Of a DNA stretch of 64,000 nt, positions 38,749-48,578 are shown piece by piece; position 1 is the stretch's first letter; each line of letters starts with the position of its first letter. The stretch covers positions 355 through 64,354 of the forward strand of contig CAZFKS010000006.1 of NCBI GenBank assembly GCA_964519725.1, written 5' to 3'. Under the pieces are notes generated by a model that searched no databases, was not told the DNA's origin, and saw only the letters and a list, made by a program, of their open reading frames with translations. This DNA is from an uncultured Gammaproteobacteria bacterium. Lineage in GTDB: Bacteria > Patescibacteriota > Patescibacteriia > Magasanikbacterales > UBA922. A program made the position numbers and the translations under genes.

Positions 38749-39426
38749 ATGAGCCACGCTGCTTTTTGTGCCGAGTATGTTCCGGTCCGCGGTCAGGTGC
38801 TTGATGTTGGTGCTGGCCGGGGAAATTGGGTGGTAGAAATGGCTAAAGCCGGATTCACTGTGTCTGGAATTGAGATTAACCCTGATTATGTGCGTGAAGC
38901 CGAAACTAAGGCAAAATTAGCTGGGGTGACTGTTAATTTAGTGACCGGGCCAGCGGAAAAATTACCCTATGCTAATAATTTTTTTGATTTTGCCAATTGC
39001 GCTGAAGTCACTGAGCACGTGAATGACCCAATTCAAATTGGTCAGGAAATTTGTCGGGTCTTGAAAAATAAGGCTTACGCCTACATCAGTTTTCATAACC
39101 GGTATGGTGTTTATGACTACCACTACCACTTGTGGGGGATTAATTGGCTGCCACGTGCTGTGACTGAGCCAATTTTGCGATTACTTGGTAAACAAAAGTC
39201 AGACGGTGAAAATGGGCGGCAAAAATTAACTACCATGCACTACTATCGTTTTGGCGAAGTGCAAAGTTTACTACAACGAATTGGCTTGGTTGCGATTGAT
39301 TTGCGGGTGGTAAAAATTAAAAAACGATTTGGTAAACTAGCGCCCCTAGTTTTACTCGGTTATTACACAATTTTGCGACCCTTGTATTTTAATACTTTTC
39401 ATATCTTAGTCCAGAAAAAGATATGA
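38749..39426 (+). CDS. class I SAM-dependent methyltransferase
   Basis: VLDVGAGRGNWVVEMAKAGFTVSGIE...VTEHVNDP. Confidence 0.7.
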   Translation: MSHAAFCAEYVPVRGQVLDVGAGRGNWVVEMAKAGFTVSGIEINPDYVREAETKAKLAGVTVNLVTGPAEKLPYANNFFDFANCAEVTEHVNDPIQIGQEICRVLKNKAYAYISFHNRYGVYDYHYHLWGINWLPRAVTEPILRLLGKQKSDGENGRQKLTTMHYYRFGEVQSLLQRIGLVAIDLRVVKIKKRFGKLAPLVLLGYYTILRPLYFNTFHILVQKKI

Positions 39427-40898
39427 TTTTTAATTCCCTGCAATTCTTTCTTTTTTTTCCGGTGGTAACCGGTTTATATTTTTTATTACCTCACCGGGCT
39501 CGATGGGTATTACTACTGGCGGCCAGCTGTGTTTTTTACATGGCCTTTGTACCAAAGTATATTTTGATTTTATTTACTACCATTGTTATTGACTATTTTG
39601 CCGGAATTTTTATTGAAAAAGCGGAAGGTAAAAAACGAAAGTGGTACCTGATTGCTAGTCTGGTTTCGAATGTAGGATTCTTGGCTTTTTTTAAGTACTA
39701 TGGTTTTACGGTTGAAAATCTGAATGCCTTGGCAAATTTTATTGGTTGGAATTACTCTCTGCCGTTGCTCAATATTATTTTGCCAGTCGGTTTGTCGTTC
39801 CATACTTTTCAGGCCATGAGTTATACCATAGAAGTTTACCGTGGTCAGCAAAAAGCAGAGCGGCACTTTGGAATTTATGCTCTGTATGTCATGTTTTATC
39901 CTCAACTCGTGGCTGGTCCAATTGAACGGCCGCAAAATTTATTACATCAATTCTGGGAAAAACATTATGTTAATTTTGATCGAATTAGTTCAGGGCTAAG
40001 GTTAATGCTCTGGGGATTTTTCAAAAAAATTGTCATTGCTGATAATGCGGCGGCTATTGTTAACCGCATTTTTGATTATCCAAATCAATTTTATGGTCCA
40101 GCTTTGGTGGTAGCCATAGTTTTGTTTGCCTTTCAAATTTACTGCGATTTTTCTGGGTATTCTGACGTGGCGATTGGTGCGGCCAGAGTCATGGGCTTTA
40201 GGTTAATGGATAATTTTAACCTGCCGTATAGTTCTCAGTCAGTGGCTGAATTTTGGCGTCGGTGGCATATTTCTTTATCAACTTGGTTTAAAGATTATAT
40301 CTATATTCCACTTGGTGGCAGCCGAGTCACAGCCGGGCGGTTTGCGTTCAATATAATGATAGTTTTTTTGATTAGTGGCCTGTGGCACGGCGCTGCCTGG
40401 ACTTACATTGTTTGGGGTGGACTGCTAGGTGTATATGTCATTGGGTCACGGATAAGTAAACCGTACCGTGAACAATTAGTTAATTGGTTAAAGCTTAGTC
40501 ACTGGCCAAATTTCTACCGTTTAATCAGAATTTTATTTACTTTTTCGATCATTTGTTTGGCCTGGGTATTTTTCCGCGCCAAAACTGTGGCTGATGCTTG
40601 GTACTTGATCACCAATATTTTTAATGGTTGGAATAGATATTTAGTAGGTCCACAGTGGTATGATTGTTTTGAAAATTTAGCCACCACTCTAGGGGTAAGT
40701 ACCTTTAGTTTGGCCCACCTAATCGTAGCTATATTTTTTATGCAGTGGGTTGAAATTAAATTAAAAAGTAAGGGCACACAAACTGGTTTTTCAGCTTATG
40801 CCCCGTGGGTTAGATACAGCTTTTATAATGTACTGATTTTGTGGATTTTATTTTTTGGTTATTTTGGTGAGCGTCCCTTTATTTATTTCCAGTTCTAG
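39423..40898 (+). CDS. MBOAT-family membrane O-acyltransferase (AlgI/DltB-like)
   Basis: FWRRWHISLSTWFKDYIYIPLGGSR is the MBOAT signature with the catalytic His. Confidence 0.85.
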   Translation: MIFNSLQFFLFFPVVTGLYFLLPHRARWVLLLAASCVFYMAFVPKYILILFTTIVIDYFAGIFIEKAEGKKRKWYLIASLVSNVGFLAFFKYYGFTVENLNALANFIGWNYSLPLLNIILPVGLSFHTFQAMSYTIEVYRGQQKAERHFGIYALYVMFYPQLVAGPIERPQNLLHQFWEKHYVNFDRISSGLRLMLWGFFKKIVIADNAAAIVNRIFDYPNQFYGPALVVAIVLFAFQIYCDFSGYSDVAIGAARVMGFRLMDNFNLPYSSQSVAEFWRRWHISLSTWFKDYIYIPLGGSRVTAGRFAFNIMIVFLISGLWHGAAWTYIVWGGLLGVYVIGSRISKPYREQLVNWLKLSHWPNFYRLIRILFTFSIICLAWVFFRAKTVADAWYLITNIFNGWNRYLVGPQWYDCFENLATTLGVSTFSLAHLIVAIFFMQWVEIKLKSKGTQTGFSAYAPWVRYSFYNVLILWILFFGYFGERPFIYFQF

Positions 40899-40901
40899 AA
40901 T

Positions 40902-42131
40902 ATGAACCAAAAAGCTAACTGGAGTTATAAAATTTGCCAAGTAGGATTAACCACCATGGTTTTAATTGGTTTAATCTTTAGTATTGAATATTTACTAAGA
41001 GTGTCGGCAAATGTTAGAAAAATTGATGATATTCCTTACGTAACTGTTAATGGACTCAGAGTTTTTATTCCTAATCAAGATCGAATTGTAACTGGTGGTG
41101 CCTTTGTTCCCATCCACGTGAAAACCAATTCTGAGGGTTATGCTAGCCCAGAATATGCTGTTCCAAAACCAGCCAATACTAAACGCGTGGTTATTTTGGG
41201 TAACTCATTTACCAGAGGTTTTGAGGTGGATTATGATCAGAAATTTTCTAGCTTAACGGAAAAATACTTGCGTGATTTAAATCCAAACATAAAGTATGAA
41301 GTAATGAATTTTGGGATTGGGGGTTATAGTTTAATTGACCAAATGTTTGTGTATGAGCGCTATGTTAAAAAATACAAACCTGATGTGGTGATTTTGGTAA
41401 CTTATTTACCAATGGATTTTGCTACTACTAAAATTTTTTTACCAGATCAAACCTACTTGCAAAAAACACCAGTTCAGGAATTATCAGGTGAGCGTTTACT
41501 GGCCCAAGAACCGACTTATACCAGTCAGGGCCGGTCAGAGTGGGAAATAACTAAATTTTGTCGGCGAATTCTGGCTGGTGTGACGGAAAAAATTCATCAC
41601 CTAACTTTGACTAGCAGTGGTCAGTTAGGCACCGCAGTTAGTTGGTTGTATGAGCACTGGCTGAGTTTGGGTTTAATTGATGCTCCGGCTGTCCAGGCTG
41701 TGACTGTGAGTGATGGTGAGGAAAATTATTTTAACCCTAATGATCAGGGTCGGGCTGAAATTAGACAATTTACTGCCGAAATGGTTGTAAAACTGGGACA
41801 AGCAGTTAAACAAGATGGGGTAGAGTTTAGAACGGTGGTTATTCCTAGTCACTGGGAGGTTGATGGTAAGTATGCTAAACAGTTTACCGATTCTTTTCCG
41901 AGAGGCTATAACCCAGCCTTACCTACTCAGGGCTTAAAACAAGTGGTAGACGGGGCTTTTCCAGTCCTTGATTTAGCTGAGTCAATTGCACCAGCAATTA
42001 ACCAGGATAAAGTGCAGGTGTTTATCCGGGACACTGGACATTTCACGGCTGCTGGGCATGATTTAGTGGCTAAAACTATCGTGGATTTTCTAAAAAATAG
42101 TCCAATTCTTCAGTTGCCAACTACCCCCTGA
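40902..42131 (+). CDS. membrane-anchored SGNH-hydrolase-like partner of the MBOAT (AlgJ/AlgX/DltD-like)
   Basis: N-terminal TM helix. VVILGNSFTRGFEVDYDQ is a GDS(L)-like block. It follows the MBOAT gene directly. Confidence 0.5.
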   Translation: MNQKANWSYKICQVGLTTMVLIGLIFSIEYLLRVSANVRKIDDIPYVTVNGLRVFIPNQDRIVTGGAFVPIHVKTNSEGYASPEYAVPKPANTKRVVILGNSFTRGFEVDYDQKFSSLTEKYLRDLNPNIKYEVMNFGIGGYSLIDQMFVYERYVKKYKPDVVILVTYLPMDFATTKIFLPDQTYLQKTPVQELSGERLLAQEPTYTSQGRSEWEITKFCRRILAGVTEKIHHLTLTSSGQLGTAVSWLYEHWLSLGLIDAPAVQAVTVSDGEENYFNPNDQGRAEIRQFTAEMVVKLGQAVKQDGVEFRTVVIPSHWEVDGKYAKQFTDSFPRGYNPALPTQGLKQVVDGAFPVLDLAESIAPAINQDKVQVFIRDTGHFTAAGHDLVAKTIVDFLKNSPILQLPTTP

Positions 42132-42176
42132 TTTGCTATATTCCCTGCAGCAATTTATTAGATTTTTCCTATTCTT

Positions 42177-42914
42177 ATGACCGAAAATCAGCCCAAACCA
42201 GCCTTGTCAGTGGTTATACTGTGCTACCGTGCCGAGGACTTTGCGCCAGTGTTTGTGGGTCAGATGGAAGAAGCTCTAAAAAAAGCTAATCTTGATTATG
42301 AATTAGTGCTCGTGGCTAATTACCAAAAAAATGCCGCGAAACCAGACCGGACACCCCAAATTGTGCGTGATCTAGCCAAGACTAACCCGCGGCTGCTAGT
42401 AGTGGCCAAGGAAAAAGAGGGGATGATGGGTTGGGATATGCGCTCTGGTCTTGAAGCGGCAACGGGTGATGTGATTGGTGTGATTGATGGCGACGGACAA
42501 ATGCCCCCAGCGGATATAATTAAAATTTATGATGTTTTGAAACAGGGGAATTATGATCTGGCCAAAACCTACCGTGTGCAGCGGTTTGATGGTCTATTTC
42601 GGGTGGTTATTTCTAAATTCTACAATGCTTTTTTCAAAATTTTATTTCCCAAAGCCAAAGTTCGGGATGTAAATTCCAAACCAAAAATGTTCACCAGGGC
42701 TGCCCTAGAAAAATTAAAATTAACCTCCAGTGATTGGTTTATTGATGCGGAAATTATGATTCAGGCTGGTGAGTTAGGGTTTAAAATTGGCCAGGCCCCA
42801 ACTGATTTTTACCCAAATGAAAATCGAAAATCATTTGTAAAGTTTAGTGCGATTTTTGAATTCATGGCGAACCTAGTCAAGTACCGAATTAAAATCTGGA
42901 AGCACAAGGTATGA
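42177..42914 (+). CDS. GT2 glycosyltransferase
   Basis: LSVVILCYRAEDF..., a DxD-like VIDGDGQ, and a small soluble Dpm1-like architecture. Confidence 0.7.
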   Translation: MTENQPKPALSVVILCYRAEDFAPVFVGQMEEALKKANLDYELVLVANYQKNAAKPDRTPQIVRDLAKTNPRLLVVAKEKEGMMGWDMRSGLEAATGDVIGVIDGDGQMPPADIIKIYDVLKQGNYDLAKTYRVQRFDGLFRVVISKFYNAFFKILFPKAKVRDVNSKPKMFTRAALEKLKLTSSDWFIDAEIMIQAGELGFKIGQAPTDFYPNENRKSFVKFSAIFEFMANLVKYRIKIWKHKV

Positions 42915-44692
42915 GTAGGTTTACTAGTCTTGTCCAAAAAATACAAGCTCATTGGCTTATCTTAGTGTCAGCACTGGTGTTGACACTAATTATTTTTTAC
43001 CCAGTTTTTGCTCTACCGCAGTATTTAAAGGGTGAGTACCAGGGAATTAATTTTGTTCATTTTGGCAGTGACAGTCATTTTTATTTGACCAGAGCCAAAG
43101 AAGCTCTGGAAGGTAAACCAATGGGGAATCCTTTTTTGCGTGAAGGTAAAACTGAACTTGATCTTTTCTTCATGCATAATGAGCAAATTTTAACCGCACC
43201 CTGGCGTTGGCTTGGACTCAGTGACTCGGTAAACATTGTTCATATTTATAATGCCTACAACTTTATTGGAATTTTTGCTGTTCTAATTCTCATTTATAGC
43301 TTGGCTTTTTTCTTATCAAAAAATAAATTGCAGAGTGCGATCACGGCCATTTCTGTAGTTGGTGGGTATCACTTAGTATATGATAAGGCGTTTTTTTACA
43401 ATGATTTTAATATCTATGGCCGGCCAATGTTTCCGTACATCAGTTCGCTGGTCTTTTTCACCTACTTAAATGTTTTGGTACGCGCACTTAAATATTTAAA
43501 CCAAAAATACTTCTTTGCCCTTAGTTTAGTTTTTGGCGCTATTTTCTACGTTTATTTTTTTGCCTGGACTTTTGCGGTTGCCGTTCATGGTTCTTTATTT
43601 TTACTCTACGCTGCCCAGCGGGACTGGAAGCGGGTTAAGTTTTTGCTAGGCACTGGGGTAATGGGTGTGATCCTGGGTAGTTACCAGTTAATCACCATGG
43701 CTAAGTTCTTCACCTCGCCCTTTGGGGCACAATCTGAATATTTTCACTGGTCAGCTAAAGGCCGAGGTTTAATTTTTAGTAAAATTGGTTTTTTAAGTTT
43801 AATTGTCTTGGTAATTTTACGGTATAAGAAAAAAGAGGATCAGAATTTTATTTTTTTGCTTGGCTTAATTGCGGCTGTGTGGGTGGCGCTCAATCAGCAA
43901 ATTATTACGGGTAAGCTACTTCAAATTGGTCATTATTACTGGTATTTTATTGTGCCGTGTGCCATTATCACAGCCTGGTACGTGGTCTGGCAATTTGTTC
44001 AGAATAAAAAATGGCAGATTGCCATTACCGCGTTTACTTTGGTTGTTGTTGGCGCCCACAGTCTGATTGGGCAACACCAATCTTTTTTAACTACCCTTGA
44101 TCAGCTTCGCTACGAACAGACCTACAAACCAATGCTCGATATTTTAAATCAAGACCAAAACCCAGGAGTAGTTTTAGCGGCAGATGATTACTTGTCTGGT
44201 CTGGTTACTGTTTACACTAACCATGATTTATTTTGGGATCGTTCAGCACTCATGACCTACACTAGCACTGAACGGTTCCGTGATGTGCTCTATTTATTTA
44301 CTTACGTGAATAACGACGCGCGGTTTAATTTTGCCGACTACTATGGTCGGGTAATGGCTGATGGTGCGGCGGAATCATTCTATAAACAACAATATAAAGC
44401 ACTTGAGGGTTTGGCGAGTGGGGTTGATTATTATTCGTACAATGGAAAATTAGCCAAACAGGCCCCTGAATTAATTAGTCAAAGACAAAAGCAATTACCA
44501 GAACTTGCGAGCGAGTACAAAGCCAGGGCCAGTACGCCAGCGCTTAGTCGTGATTTGTTTAAGCAGTACCACATTAATTACATAATTTGGGATAAAAAGA
44601 ATCACCCAGAGTGGGATCTATCTTTTTTGACCAATAAAAAAGAATTGTATTCAACCGAAGCCGTTGTGCTTTACCAAGTAACTCAAATATAA
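42911..44692 (+). CDS. polytopic membrane protein with a C-terminal soluble domain, function unknown
   Basis: ~10 TM segments in the first ~380 aa, then a ~210-aa hydrophilic tail. ATGA overlap. No motif recognised. Confidence 0.5.
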   Translation: MSRFTSLVQKIQAHWLILVSALVLTLIIFYPVFALPQYLKGEYQGINFVHFGSDSHFYLTRAKEALEGKPMGNPFLREGKTELDLFFMHNEQILTAPWRWLGLSDSVNIVHIYNAYNFIGIFAVLILIYSLAFFLSKNKLQSAITAISVVGGYHLVYDKAFFYNDFNIYGRPMFPYISSLVFFTYLNVLVRALKYLNQKYFFALSLVFGAIFYVYFFAWTFAVAVHGSLFLLYAAQRDWKRVKFLLGTGVMGVILGSYQLITMAKFFTSPFGAQSEYFHWSAKGRGLIFSKIGFLSLIVLVILRYKKKEDQNFIFLLGLIAAVWVALNQQIITGKLLQIGHYYWYFIVPCAIITAWYVVWQFVQNKKWQIAITAFTLVVVGAHSLIGQHQSFLTTLDQLRYEQTYKPMLDILNQDQNPGVVLAADDYLSGLVTVYTNHDLFWDRSALMTYTSTERFRDVLYLFTYVNNDARFNFADYYGRVMADGAAESFYKQQYKALEGLASGVDYYSYNGKLAKQAPELISQRQKQLPELASEYKARASTPALSRDLFKQYHINYIIWDKKNHPEWDLSFLTNKKELYSTEAVVLYQVTQI

Positions 44693-44701
44693 TTATAAAA
44701 T

Positions 44702-45772
44702 ATGTTCGGCTCACAAAAAGTAGCGTTTATAACTGGAATTACTGGGCAAGATGGTTCTTACTTAGCTGACTTTCTGTTAGAAAAAGGTTATCAAGTGCAC
44801 GGTTTAGTGCGACCAGCTAGTACCTTTAATCGGCAACGGATTGAGCATGTGTTTGAAGACGCTAGACGTGAGGCCGGAAAATCACTGGAGTATGATAGTA
44901 AATCTCTCGAAAAAGAAACTGACTTAACTTTGCACTACGGTGATTTAACTGACTCTAGTCGTTTACACCGCTTAATTGAAATGTTAAATCCAGATGAAAT
45001 TTATCACCTGGGCGCGCAAAGCCACGTGGCGATTAGTTTTGATACTCCAGTTTATACCGCTGAAACCACTGGTGTGGCCACTCTTAAACTGTTAGAAGCA
45101 ATTCGTGAAACCCGGATTAAAACCAAATTTTACCAAGCTTCGTCATCAGAAATGTTTGGTAAAGTGCGTGAAATTCCCCAAACTGAACAAACCCCTTTTT
45201 ACCCACGGAGTCCGTACGGTGTGTCAAAAGTTTTTGCGTATTGGGCCGCTGTCAACTACCGCGAGGCCTACAACATGTTTGTTTGTAATGGAATTTTATT
45301 TAATCATGAATCTCCACGCCGCGGTACAAACTTTGTCACGCGCAAAATTAGTAATGGCGTGGCTGAAATTTTAGCCGGCAAACGTGAAAAAATTTATTTG
45401 GGAAATTTAGATGCGAAACGTGACTGGGGCTATGCACCAGAATATGTTGAGGCCATGTGGCTCATGATGCAACAAGATGAAGCTGATGATTATATCATTG
45501 CCACTGGTGAAACCCACAGTGTGAGAGAATTTTGTGAAGCGGCTTTTGCCTTGGCCGGAATTGAGGATTGGGAAAAATACGTTGTGTCTGATAAGCGCTA
45601 CCAGCGTCCCTCTGAGGTTGACTTATTAATTGGAAATCCAGCCAAAGCCAAAGCTAAGCTGGGCTGGGAGCCAAAAGTAAAATTCAAGGAATTGGTAGCG
45701 ATCCTCCTTAAACATGACTGTGAACAGCTTGGTTTAGACGTGACCAAAGTTTTGCCTAATTTGCCACGTTAA
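44702..45772 (+). CDS. gmd: GDP-mannose 4,6-dehydratase
   Basis: [31 protein letters not shown]...[10 protein letters not shown] is unmistakable Gmd. Confidence 0.9.
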   Translation: MFGSQKVAFITGITGQDGSYLADFLLEKGYQVHGLVRPASTFNRQRIEHVFEDARREAGKSLEYDSKSLEKETDLTLHYGDLTDSSRLHRLIEMLNPDEIYHLGAQSHVAISFDTPVYTAETTGVATLKLLEAIRETRIKTKFYQASSSEMFGKVREIPQTEQTPFYPRSPYGVSKVFAYWAAVNYREAYNMFVCNGILFNHESPRRGTNFVTRKISNGVAEILAGKREKIYLGNLDAKRDWGYAPEYVEAMWLMMQQDEADDYIIATGETHSVREFCEAAFALAGIEDWEKYVVSDKRYQRPSEVDLLIGNPAKAKAKLGWEPKVKFKELVAILLKHDCEQLGLDVTKVLPNLPR

Positions 45773-46869
45773 GCCCCAAAAAAGTTACGAATTTCCTGGC
45801 AAACGTAATTAATTTCTTCGTCAGTTAAAGTGTAGGCAGACGGTAACCACAGTGATTGTGGTGAAGTTTTGGTACTGGCAGGAAATTGGTCATCACTGGC
45901 TAGGTAGGCTTTTTGGGTGTGAAGTGGGTACCAATATTTGCGTGAATCAATATTTTTTTCCAGTAAATAAGCGACTAATTCATCGCGTTTATCTAGATAC
46001 ACATCAGTCCACTGAGGCACAGCGCCATTCTCTAAATCACAGGGGTAAAAATGTAGGTCAGGAATATCGCGCAAATTTTCTGAGTATAATTTGTAAAAAT
46101 GTCTCATCCGGCTCACGCGTTCGTCCAAGTATTCTAGCTGGCCTAAACCAACCGCGGCTTGGAGATTGGTAAATTTAAAATTGTAACCAACCACATCGTG
46201 CCGGTCATTGCCACCAGTACCGCGAACTGGCCGGCCCTGATCTTTTAATTCTCTGATTTTAACATTTAATTCAGGGTTATCAGTCACTACCACCCCGCCT
46301 TGGCCAGTAGTAATAGTTTTATTAGGTGAAAAAGAAAAACAACCAGCATCACCAAGAGTGCCTAAAAATTTACCTTCATATTTAGACATTAACGCTTCAG
46401 CCGCGTCTTCTACTACAAAGAGTGAGTGTTCTTTGGCAATTTTAATTATCTCTTTTAAATTAGCAGCCCGGCCAGTCACGTGCACTGGCATAATCGCTTT
46501 GGTACGGGGGGTAATTGCTGAGACCATGGCTGGTACACTCATGGTTAGATCGGCTGGGTTGACATCAACTAAAATTGGGGTAGCACCGCACAAACTGACC
46601 GCATTGGCGGTAGCAATAAAGGTCATGTCTGGAACAATTACTTCATCACCTGGACCAACTCCCAGTGCTTTAAGAGCCAAAAATAAAGCTGAAGTGCAGC
46701 TAGTGGCCGTGATCGCGTGTTTTGAACCAACTAGAGCGGCAATTTTATCTTCAAATTCAAAAGCCAGGTTGCCTTCATTAACATAACTACTGTTTAGGAC
46801 ACCAGTGACTAATTCATGTTCTTTGGGACCAATTTTTGGTTCCCACCAGGGAATGCGGCGGTCAATCAT
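45769..46869 (-). CDS. DegT/DnrJ/EryC1/StrS PLP-dependent sugar aminotransferase (perosamine-synthetase-like)
   Basis: [26 protein letters not shown]...; the Lys region ...[17 protein letters not shown]. It converges on gmd with a 4-bp overlap. Confidence 0.85.
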   Translation of the reverse strand: MIDRRIPWWEPKIGPKEHELVTGVLNSSYVNEGNLAFEFEDKIAALVGSKHAITATSCTSALFLALKALGVGPGDEVIVPDMTFIATANAVSLCGATPILVDVNPADLTMSVPAMVSAITPRTKAIMPVHVTGRAANLKEIIKIAKEHSLFVVEDAAEALMSKYEGKFLGTLGDAGCFSFSPNKTITTGQGGVVVTDNPELNVKIRELKDQGRPVRGTGGNDRHDVVGYNFKFTNLQAAVGLGQLEYLDERVSRMRHFYKLYSENLRDIPDLHFYPCDLENGAVPQWTDVYLDKRDELVAYLLEKNIDSRKYWYPLHTQKAYLASDDQFPASTKTSPQSLWLPSAYTLTDEEINYVCQEIRNFFGA

Positions 46870-46874
46870 ATAAT

Positions 46875-47243
46875 TTAAACTTTAGCTGGAAAAATATCTG
46901 GATTAGTTAAAGAAAAAGCTTTAGTTTTGAGCAAAATAAAATAACCACCTGCAGTAAAGGTAAGCGCGTGGGTTTCGTAAGGCTCAAAAATGATTCCCTG
47001 ATTTGGGGTTAGGTTAAATTTTTTAACCTTAGCGCGCGTAGATTTTACACTGCGCATTGAGCCGCTGACTGAGCCGCTTAGTAAAAAGAACAGCACTCGA
47101 CTTTTCTTGTGATAGTGGTGGCCCATGACCGCCCCTTTGCGCATTTTACCTGAATTTACTGATTGCCAGGGTTCGCCATTGGCACACTCAATAAAAAGTC
47201 CGCGTTGGTCGAGTCTGGTAAAAACCGAAGTGATTTTTTTCAT
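46875..47243 (-). CDS. WxcM/FdtA-like cupin (sugar 3,4-ketoisomerase-like)
   Basis: ~125 aa with cupin His residues (GHHYHKK). It sits directly upstream of the DegT gene on the same strand. Start ambiguous: ATG at 47243 or TTG at 47267. Confidence 0.5.
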   Translation of the reverse strand: MKKITSVFTRLDQRGLFIECANGEPWQSVNSGKMRKGAVMGHHYHKKSRVLFFLLSGSVSGSMRSVKSTRAKVKKFNLTPNQGIIFEPYETHALTFTAGGYFILLKTKAFSLTNPDIFPAKV

Positions 47244-47332
47244 ACGGTTTCTATAGTAACCTATCAAGACTAGTCTGACAAGTTTGGGGGTGGGGGAGGG
47301 TGGTTAAATTTTAGCTAAATTTAGCAATAAAC

Positions 47333-47361
47333 TTGACATCAGTAGCTTAAATACCTATACT
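47333..47361 (+). promoter_or_regulatory. canonical sigma-70 promoter (TTGACA-N17-TATACT) for the second glycan operon
   Basis: TTGACA at 47333-38, 17-nt spacer, TATACT at 47356-61, ~20 nt before the 47381 ATG. Confidence 0.55.
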
Positions 47362-47380
47362 AATCTGGAATAAATTTTGT

Positions 47381-48577
47381 ATGCGAATTTTTTTTGTCAC
47401 CTCTAAACTTAACTTTGAAAAGGCCGGTGGATCAGTGGATGAGATTGACCTAATGGCCAGAACTTTGCACGAATTTGGCCACACGGTCACGGTTTTAACC
47501 GTGTTTGCTCAGTATAATTCCTTGGCCCCGGTTCCTTACACAGTAAAAGAAGAAAGAATTACCGCTGTCGGCCAGTTGGGTATTCAAAGCCAGATTTTTC
47601 AGATTTTAAAAAAGTATCAGTCAGAAACTGATGTTTTTTATGTTGATGGACACACATATTTGTATGGCGCTGGTGCGTACCGGTTAAGTAAAAACAGTGT
47701 TCCAGTCATGGCTTTGTTTAACCGCGAGCTAACAGTTTGGCCTGATGAAAATGTATCAGCGCTGTTTGGTGCCCTCCAAAAAAAGACCGTGTTACAAAAA
47801 GTAAAGAAAAAACTTCGGTGGTTGGTGGAACGTTACCTGGGAATTTGGTTGGCCAATCACTTGGACCACTTCACCTTTACTAATCCTTTTTTGGAATTAG
47901 CCTACTCACGTTTTGGTTTAAAAACCACTGGGCGATCAAGTATTATTGGTGACCCGTATGATTTTAATAAAATCTATCATACCTTAGGTGTGACCCCAGA
48001 TGCTTACGCTAAAAGAAACAAAACCGATGGTGTTATTGAATTATTTTACTCTAGCCGCATGGTAGCGGGGAAAGGTTTTGACCTTTTACTTACCGCCTTT
48101 AAACTGGTTGAAAATAAAAGTAAATTTAAATTAATTTTAGGAGGTACGGGTCCAGAAGAAAACATGGTTAAAAAAATGATCCATGATCTTGAGCTTGAGT
48201 CATACGTGGAACTGCCGGGCTGGGTTACCAAAGAACAATTGTTTGCGACTCTAGCTAGAGTGGACATTTTTGTGCAAGCCCGGTGGCGTTCTGACATGTC
48301 ATCAATGTCATTGACTGAAGCCATGGCGTTTGGTTTGCCAAGTATTGTTCCGGCAGGTGGTGGTATTGCTTGGGTTGGTGGCCAAAGCAGTTTAACTTTT
48401 ACTCCGGATGATCCGATTTCTTTGGCTGAACAAATTACCAAACTTGGGGCTGATTCAAATTTAAGAAAAAAATTGTCCCAAAATTGCTACGAGCGTTTAC
48501 AAGAGTCTGATGTTAATTATCGAAAAACGTTACGTACCGTTGAAACAACCATGGAACGATTAGTGTCTCGCAAATAG
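47381..48577 (+). CDS. GT4 glycosyltransferase
   Basis: RIFFVTSKLNFEKAGGSVDEI...SRMVAGKGFDLLL...MSLTEAMAFGLPSIV. Confidence 0.75.
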   Translation: MRIFFVTSKLNFEKAGGSVDEIDLMARTLHEFGHTVTVLTVFAQYNSLAPVPYTVKEERITAVGQLGIQSQIFQILKKYQSETDVFYVDGHTYLYGAGAYRLSKNSVPVMALFNRELTVWPDENVSALFGALQKKTVLQKVKKKLRWLVERYLGIWLANHLDHFTFTNPFLELAYSRFGLKTTGRSSIIGDPYDFNKIYHTLGVTPDAYAKRNKTDGVIELFYSSRMVAGKGFDLLLTAFKLVENKSKFKLILGGTGPEENMVKKMIHDLELESYVELPGWVTKEQLFATLARVDIFVQARWRSDMSSMSLTEAMAFGLPSIVPAGGGIAWVGGQSSLTFTPDDPISLAEQITKLGADSNLRKKLSQNCYERLQESDVNYRKTLRTVETTMERLVSRK

Positions 48578-48578
48578 T

